Shown here: in pieces, positions 57,901 through 64,000 of the stretch
How positions within the stretch are numbered: position 1 is the stretch's first letter
Layout: the number at the start of each line of letters is the position of its first letter
Assembly: GCA_033442325.1 (NCBI GenBank)
Contig: JAWQFM010000012.1
Location: forward strand, 217,899-281,898
Length of the DNA stretch: 64,000 nt
Origin: Salpingoeca rosetta
Taxonomy: Eukaryota; Protista; Choanoflagellata
Direction of reading: 5' to 3'
Program-made: the position numbers and the translations under genes
The notes under the pieces: model-generated
Seen by the model: the letters and a program-made list of their open reading frames with translations, nothing else
The model's database searches: none
What the model was told of the DNA's origin: nothing

Positions 57901-57924
57901 CGGGGCGTACCAGGTTGATCAGTC
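51952..57924 (-). CDS. EXO1-type (XPG/FEN1 family) 5'-nuclease fused to Fanzor1/TnpB-like RNA-guided RuvC nuclease, ~1,135 aa, 15 exons, start codon unresolved
   Basis: Exons: 57820-57924, 57612-57669, 57368-57487, 57123-57259, 56755-56896, 56414-56559, 55849-56141, 55527-55691, 55275-55396, 55036-55107, 54337-54868, 53001-54145, 52710-52865, 52377-52448, 51952-52090. All are GT-AG and all phases are compatible. EXO1 motifs: GLINLVRP..FTGQRVAID; VVFDGAPLAAKAEENARR; LSGCDYL..GIGMRTA. Fanzor motifs: SIRTDG; VVGVDPG; FFGD; VEEFRTTKYSLCC; CTHCGASADRDVAAAKTI. Confidence 0.85.
52505..52694. repeat. 47-bp minisatellite, 4 copies, intronic
   Basis: Unit catatccgcaccctcttctcacatacatgcgcacacacacaaccacc starts at 52505, 52552, 52599 and 52646. 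Confidence 0.95.
56781..56883. other. Assembly gap (103 N) inside an EXO1-domain exon
   Basis: N run between EYVVA and VLRNL, which lie in the same frame. Confidence 0.99.
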
Positions 57925-58642
57925 CTGGTCGCTCACACACACACAGGCAACAACGCAAGCACACGCGAAAACACGTGCGCAAGCTACCCAGACCCAGGCG
58001 TAAAACTGCTGAGTCAGCAAAAATGGAGAAGCGAGCACAATTTCGTGAGGACAACGATGATGAACGCAGCCGCGCGGCGCAACGGGTAAGCGAAAACAAG
58101 ATTGGAGATGGGCAAGGGGAGAGGGGAGGTGGGACAAGGGCGAGGAGAGAGGGGAGATGGGAGATGGGAGAGGGGAGAAGGGAGACGGGAGACGGGAGAC
58201 GGGAGATGGAGACAAGGCCCCGTGCCGTCACAAAATACGATGGCCGCAGAACACCGATGGGGTGCCAACGAACAGCAAACATCTGCAAGGTATGCTGTTA
58301 CAGGAAGGGGAGGGGGAAGAGGACATGGATGGATATTGGGATATTGGGCAAAGGCGTACCTTTTGTTGATGCTTGGGTGAGGCGGGGAGGGGGGAGGCGA
58401 GTGCGGAAGAAGAAACCGGGCGCTGCTGGAGATAGCTGAGGAGAGGGTGACGGGGGGGGGAAGCGAGAGAAGGAGAGAGGAAGATGGTGAGTCGAGGATG
58501 CATGATGCTGTCAGCGTACAGATGTGCGGGCGGTGCTCATGCGCTCTTTCACACACTCACACCACGCACACGCACGCTCACACACACACGCAGGTGCACA
58601 ACCATGCCTGGCGTCATCCTCACTCACACACACACACACACA

Positions 58643-58701
<59 letters not shown>

Positions 58702-58872
58702 ACACACACACAGGTGCACAATACAGGTGCACAATGACGACGGCGTCATCCTCACTTACACGCAGGCGCAGACGAGCGGGAAAATGAATGTGGCACAGGT
58801 GAGTGAGTGTGTTTGTTGTGTTGCAGTCTGTGCGATCGTTCGCACACGCACGTGTGTCTGCAATTGTATGTG

Positions 58873-59289
58873 TGTTTCGTCTCCCAGCCCCAGTTATGCA
58901 ACAGGCACGTGAGTGTTTCGTCTTCGTCTCCCCCCCCCAGTTATGCAACAAGCACGTGCGTGTTTCGTCTCCCCCCCCCACCAGTTATGCAACAAGCACG
59001 TGCGTGTTTCGTCTCCCCCTCCCCCATGTTTCGTCTCCCCCTCCCCCAGTTATGCAACAGGCACGTGCATGTTTCGTCTCCCCCTCCCCCAGTTATGCAA
59101 CAGGCACGTGCATGTTTCGTCTCCCCCTCCCCCAGTTATGCAACAGGCACGTGCATGTTTCGTCTCCCCCTCCCCCAGTTATGCAACAGGCACGTGCATG
59201 TTTCGTCTCCCCCTCCCCCAGTTATGCAACAGGCACGTGCATGTTTCGTCTCCCCCTCCCCCAGTTATGCAACAGGCACGTGCATGTTT
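58873..59289. repeat. 43-bp minisatellite, ~9 copies (first few degenerate)
   Basis: Unit tgtttcgtctccccctcccccagttatgcaacaggcacgtgca; the period of 43 was checked between 59047 and 59090. Confidence 0.93.
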
Positions 59290-59872
59290 AGCGCCACGCA
59301 ACACACACACACACACACAATCACACACACACACACACAATCACAGGTGCCACGCCGAGAAGTTGGCACGGCACGAGTAGCTCTGCGGTTCCGTGAGCGG
59401 CCAGCGGGCGGTTGCGCTGGACATTGTGTGCATGTACGAGCAGCCGCGATGGCTGACGGTTGAGGAGTCGCGGGAGCTGCTGGAGAAGGAGGCGGTGGCG
59501 CTGTCGCACACAAAGGCGGAAAAGGCGCGGAGCAAGGCACGCAAGGAGGCAGAGCAGGAAGAGGATGAGGATGATGAGGATGGAGATGAGGATGGTGAGG
59601 ATGATAAGAAGGACTCCAAGAAGACAGGGAAGAAGAACAACAAGGGCAAGACAAAGGGCAACAAGGTCAGGGGCAACAAGCACAGCAAAGACACCACCAG
59701 CACCAACGACGACGATGCAAATGGCGATGATGACGAGGATAAGAAGAGCGAAGGCGATGTGCTGGAAAGTGAGCACGACACAACTCGACGGCCCGTGTGA
59801 CATCATGCATCTCCTGCGAACAGCAGAGGCGCTTCCCCTCACTCTCCATGCCCACAGGTGAGCTTGTGCGTG

Positions 59873-59913
<41 letters not shown>

Positions 59914-60407
59914 NNNNNNNNNNNNNNNNNNNNNNNNNNNNNNNNNNNNNNNNNNNNNNNNNNNNNNNNNNNNNNNNNNNNNNNNNNNNNNNNNNNNNNN
60001 NNNNNNNNNNNNNNNNNNNNNNNNNNNNNNNNNNNNNNNNNNNNNNNNNNNNNNNNNNNNNNNNNNNNNNNNNNNNNNNNNNNNNNNNNNNNNNNNNNNN
60101 NNNNNNNNNNNNNNNNNNNNNNNNNNNNNNNNNNNNNNNNNNNNNNNNNNNNNNNNNNNNNNNNNNNNNNNNNNNNNNNNNNNNNNNNNNNNNNNNNNNN
60201 NNNNNNNNNNNNNNNNNNNNNNNNNNNNNNNNNNNNNNNNNNNNNNNNNNNNNNNNNNNNNNNNNNNNNNNNNNNNNNNNNNNNNNNNNNNNNNNNNNNN
60301 NNNNNNNNNNNNNNNNNNNNNNNNNNNNNNNNNNNNNNNNNNNNNNNNNNNNNNNNNNNNNNNNNNNNNNNNNNNNNNNNNNNNNNNNNNNNNNNNNNNN
60401 NNNNNNN
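59914..60407. other. Assembly gap (494 N)
   Basis: N run following a (TG)n tract. Confidence 0.99.
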
Positions 60408-61944
60408 GCATCGTCGACGACCGCTTGGACGTGCTGTCGTTCCGGTGTCTGGTGCACCCGCTGGAGCATCGCATCAACTTCTGCAGAAGCCGGACTGGGA
60501 CAACAATATGACGCAGGTTGCAGACCGGTTTGTCAACGCCGTGTGCCCGCAACCGCGCGTTGATGTGCTCAAGCTGATGCAAACCTTTGCCGAGCTCGCC
60601 AACACCTGGCCCCTCCTCACCGAGCAAAAGCACAGGTGCGTTGGTATGCTTGTTGTATGTGCATGCGTGTGTGTTTGTGAGATCGCCTGTGCGCGTGTGT
60701 GCGTGTGTTTGTGAGATCGCCTGTGCGCGTGCGCGTGTGCGTGTGCGTGTGCGTGTGTTTGTGCCTGCGAGATTGGTGCATTTGGTTTGATGTGTACCTG
60801 GGATTCAGTGCCATTGCTGCTCAACAGAGGGCTGCGCTTGAACGTTGTTGTATTGTATTCCCATTTCCCATCTCCGCTCGTCTTCATGCTCATGGCCATC
60901 CCTCCGTCCACCTCAACAGGACGCTGGTTGAGAAGTTCCTCCAGCTGCACGACGACTACCTGGTGGTTGAAGAGGGAGCAGGAAAACTGCAGGACATTTC
61001 CGTCGCAAACGCCGGCCTCGCGGGTGCGTTCACGCGCTGCTGTCGTGTCTTTTATTTTGCTCCAACATGTTATGTGATCTTGCTTCCACCTGCTGTGGCG
61101 ATTGCAGTGTGGTAATATGACACCTGTTGTTTGCACGGGTTGCTGTGCCGACCCCAGCGCTTGTGCTCAATACTTACCGTCGACTCCTCGCTTCACAATC
61201 TGCATGTTGTCGTGCGTGCCTGCAGGCATTTCGATGCAGTCGCTCGGCATTGAGGATCTTGGCGGCGACCTCGACAATCTCAGTGACGATGAGAGCGTCA
61301 GCAATGACGACGACGAGGAGGACAATGATGACCGGCGCCGGAAGCGCAGCGCGATGCAGCACGACGGCCGTGGTGGTCGTGGTGGTCGTGGTGGTCGTGG
61401 TCGTGGTGGTCGTGGCCGTGGTCGTGGTCGTGGTCGAGGACGTGGCCGTGGTCGTGGTCGTGGTGGTCGTGATAGCAAGCGCCCAAAGCGGGAGGATGAC
61501 ACTTCTAACGACAACGCTGACGATGATGACACGAAGCGCGATGGTGCCGACGCCACCAACGATGGCGACGATGCTGTGCAGGCGTATGATCCAACGGCGG
61601 CTGCGCATCGTCGCGTGTTCTGGCGGCGGCGGCGGCAGATGGTGCGCATGGTGCGCAAGCGGCGAAAGGTCGCGCTAAGCCAGATGGAGGCCATGCTCTC
61701 TGTGCTCGCCAGCTTCAACAACGGGAAGGCGCTGATGGAGTGGGAGCGCCTGCAGGCGATTGTGCTCAACTTCCTGCACCATTCTGACGCGAACATCCGC
61801 GCCAACGCCCTCAAGGCAAGCGCTTCGTTCAGCCGCATGGTGCGCAAGTACCTGGAGCCCATGATGGCTGTCAACACGGAGATGGGGCCCCAGCTCACAG
61901 AGCGCTTGAAGACATTCAACGTCGCCTCCCCAGCCGGTGTGTGT

Positions 61945-62021
<77 letters not shown>

Positions 62022-62121
62022 TGTGTGTGTGTGTGAACCTTGTAGCATTTTTTCGTGTGATTCCGTTCACACTCGCTGTACAACACTTACCCCCCCCCCA
62101 TACGATTCACCACCACCCCTT

Positions 62122-62740
62122 TCTACACGTGTGCAGTTGTAGAACCGGAGCACGTTGAAGAGGTGACGACCGTGTTCTTCCGGCTGCTACAGGCCAAGAT
62201 GTTTGCGCGCAAGGGCAAGTCCCAGAAGTACTCGCCCAAGTTCCAGCGCGCCCTCATTCTCCGCTACTTGGCCGACTGCCGCACAGAGGGCGGTGAGGGC
62301 TTTGTGCTGGATGCGTTCCTGCATCTGCTTGTGCTGCCGTTTGCGCAGTCGCCAACGCCACCCGTCTCCGTTGCGCCGGGCGCCGCTGTGGATGTGGACG
62401 CGCTGCTGGCGGAGTTCAACGTCGGCACAGACGTGCACGCAGCTGTTCCGCTCAACCGCCAAGTCGGTGCGTATCTTAAGCTGCTCGTGGTCTACACGTG
62501 TGCAGTCGTAGCACCGGAGCATGTTGAAGAGGTGACAACCGTGTTCTTCCGGCTGCTACAGGCCAAGATGTTTGCGCGCAAGGGCAAGTCCCAGAAGTAC
62601 TCGCCCAAGTTCCAGCGCGCCCTCATTCTCCGCTACTTGGCCGACTGCCGCACAGAGGGCGGTGAGGGCTTTGTGCTGGATGCGTTCCTGCATCTGCTTG
62701 TGCTGCCGTTTGCGCAGTCGCCAACGCCACCCGTCTCCGT
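62122..62740 (+). repeat. 369-bp tandem duplication of a UTP20-like exon with its splice acceptor
   Basis: Copy 1 starts at 62122 and copy 2 at 62491. They differ by about 4 substitutions near the start, then are identical up to the gap. Confidence 0.9.
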
Positions 62741-63026
62741 NNNNNNNNNNNNNNNNNNNNNNNNNNNNNNNNNNNNNNNNNNNNNNNNNNNNNNNNNNNN
62801 NNNNNNNNNNNNNNNNNNNNNNNNNNNNNNNNNNNNNNNNNNNNNNNNNNNNNNNNNNNNNNNNNNNNNNNNNNNNNNNNNNNNNNNNNNNNNNNNNNNN
62901 NNNNNNNNNNNNNNNNNNNNNNNNNNNNNNNNNNNNNNNNNNNNNNNNNNNNNNNNNNNNNNNNNNNNNNNNNNNNNNNNNNNNNNNNNNNNNNNNNNNN
63001 NNNNNNNNNNNNNNNNNNNNNNNNNN
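62741..63026. other. Assembly gap (286 N)
   Basis: N run truncating copy 2 of the duplication. Confidence 0.99.
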
Positions 63027-64000
63027 TGTTGTCGTGTGACCATTCCTTTAACCCTATGTTGCCCGTTGCCCTGATCTTCCCTTTCCACCACACTTCTCAA
63101 CACCCCCCCCCCCCCACCCGTCACAGGTTTCCTGATGCTTGCCGAGTCGCTGCTGAAGGTGTTTGACACGCGTCTGCAGCCGCACCTGCCGATGATGGTG
63201 GCCATCATGGTGCAGATGGCGCGCGAGGCCCACGCTCTGCTCGCCGTCGTGATGAGGTCGCCCCGCGCTACATCCGTGAACTCAGGATGTTCCGCAAGCT
63301 CAGCATCCGCCGCCTCTGCAGCCTCTACAACTTCTTCAACGCGGTGCGTGGCGTGTGTACGTGTGTGCGTGTGTGCGTATGTATGTGTGTGTAATAGGAG
63401 GGTGCACCGGAATTGGAAACATGCACGTGCGTCAATCAACCACACACGTGCATGCGGATCATGTGTTCATCCGTCATTGCGCCTGCTCTGTCCTCCTTCC
63501 TACTGTGCACGTGTGCAGAAATTGCTGGAGCCGTTTGCGAGCGCGGTGCACGAGCACGTGATTGGGCCGCAGGTGGCGTCGCTGTATCACGAATGCTCAA
63601 ATGCCGTCGTCCCCATCCTCCAACTCCTCATGTGAGCACACACCGCTGGGTGTAGATGAGGGCTACGCGGCTGGAGTTGTCATTGGGGGTGTTGTTTCGG
63701 CCTTGTCTGTTGTTTGTGTTTTGATTCGCCCTCCTCCATCTTTGCCTCACGCAACGTGGCAAACCTGCCCCAAACATCCATGAATGCACAACCGTTCTCC
63801 CCTGCCCACTCCTGCTTGTGATCCCTCTCAATACTCCTGTCCTTCTGCAGCACGTGGAGCGAGGATCCGAAAATGCACCGCATGAACAACAACGGGACGA
63901 TGGAGCGGTGGGACCAGCCCGAGGACATTCAAGAGCTGGCGAAATCGGTTCGTGCTCTGTGTACTGTCACGATGAGACGCACGGAAGCCGGGATGGGGGG

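Larger units (their letters stand above)
59347..64000 (+). pseudogene. UTP20: UTP20 (DRIM/HEAT U3 processome component)-like, 5'-truncated and disrupted, continues past the window
   Basis: Segments matching the UTP20 mid region: LLRTAEALPLT; WPLLTEQKHRTLVEKFLQL; SQMEAMLSVLASFNNGKAL; FFRLLQAKM..QRALILRYLAD; VPLNRQVGFL; VIGPQVASLYHEC..PILQLL. Lesions: in-frame TAG at 59378-59380, frame changes at ~59780, ~60470 and ~63247, and an exon duplication. No N-terminal UTP20 exons are visible upstream. Confidence 0.7.

Noticed and set aside
51500-58600. Terminal inverted repeats, target-site duplication or Helitron ends around EXO1-Fanzor
   Set aside because: None could be found by eye. The ggtgcca at ~58261 is only a 7-nt match, and the CTAG at 51721 is not in a Helitron end context. 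A multi-copy alignment is needed.
61370-61470. RG/RGG repeat as a separate RNA-binding gene
   Set aside because: It lies in frame within a UTP20-like exon, in a low-complexity loop before the DRIM region.

Overview
Eukaryotic, GC-rich, intron-dense DNA. Introns are GT-AG and packed with (CA)n/(TG)n microsatellites, and there are four assembly gaps. The style and gene content suggest a choanoflagellate such as Salpingoeca rosetta; this is inference, not shown by the sequence. Most ORF-track entries are microsatellite artefacts, so I rebuilt genes by hand-splicing. In order: (1) a tyrosine-kinase-like pseudokinase fused to a WHAMM/JMY-type coiled-coil, polyproline, WH2, C and A module (+); (2) an SMG5/EST1-family NMD factor (-); (3) mitochondrial ribosomal protein mS35 (+); (4) an unknown protein with a C3H zinc finger, E/K/R single-alpha-helix repeats and a coiled coil (-); (5) a group-2B septin (+); (6) HADHA (-); (7) VPS4 (+); (8) a TTLL11-like polyglutamylase (+); (9) a 15-exon, frame-intact gene fusing an EXO1-type 5'-nuclease to a Fanzor1/TnpB-like RuvC nuclease with a CCHC knuckle (-), followed on the same strand by a ~190-nt highly structured candidate omega-RNA; (10) a 5'-truncated, frameshifted UTP20 copy (+) running off the window. 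The EXO1-Fanzor plus candidate omega-RNA locus is the most novel-looking system; the kinase-WHAMM/JMY fusion is second. Family assignments rest on motifs and reference sequences recalled from memory; no database search was run.
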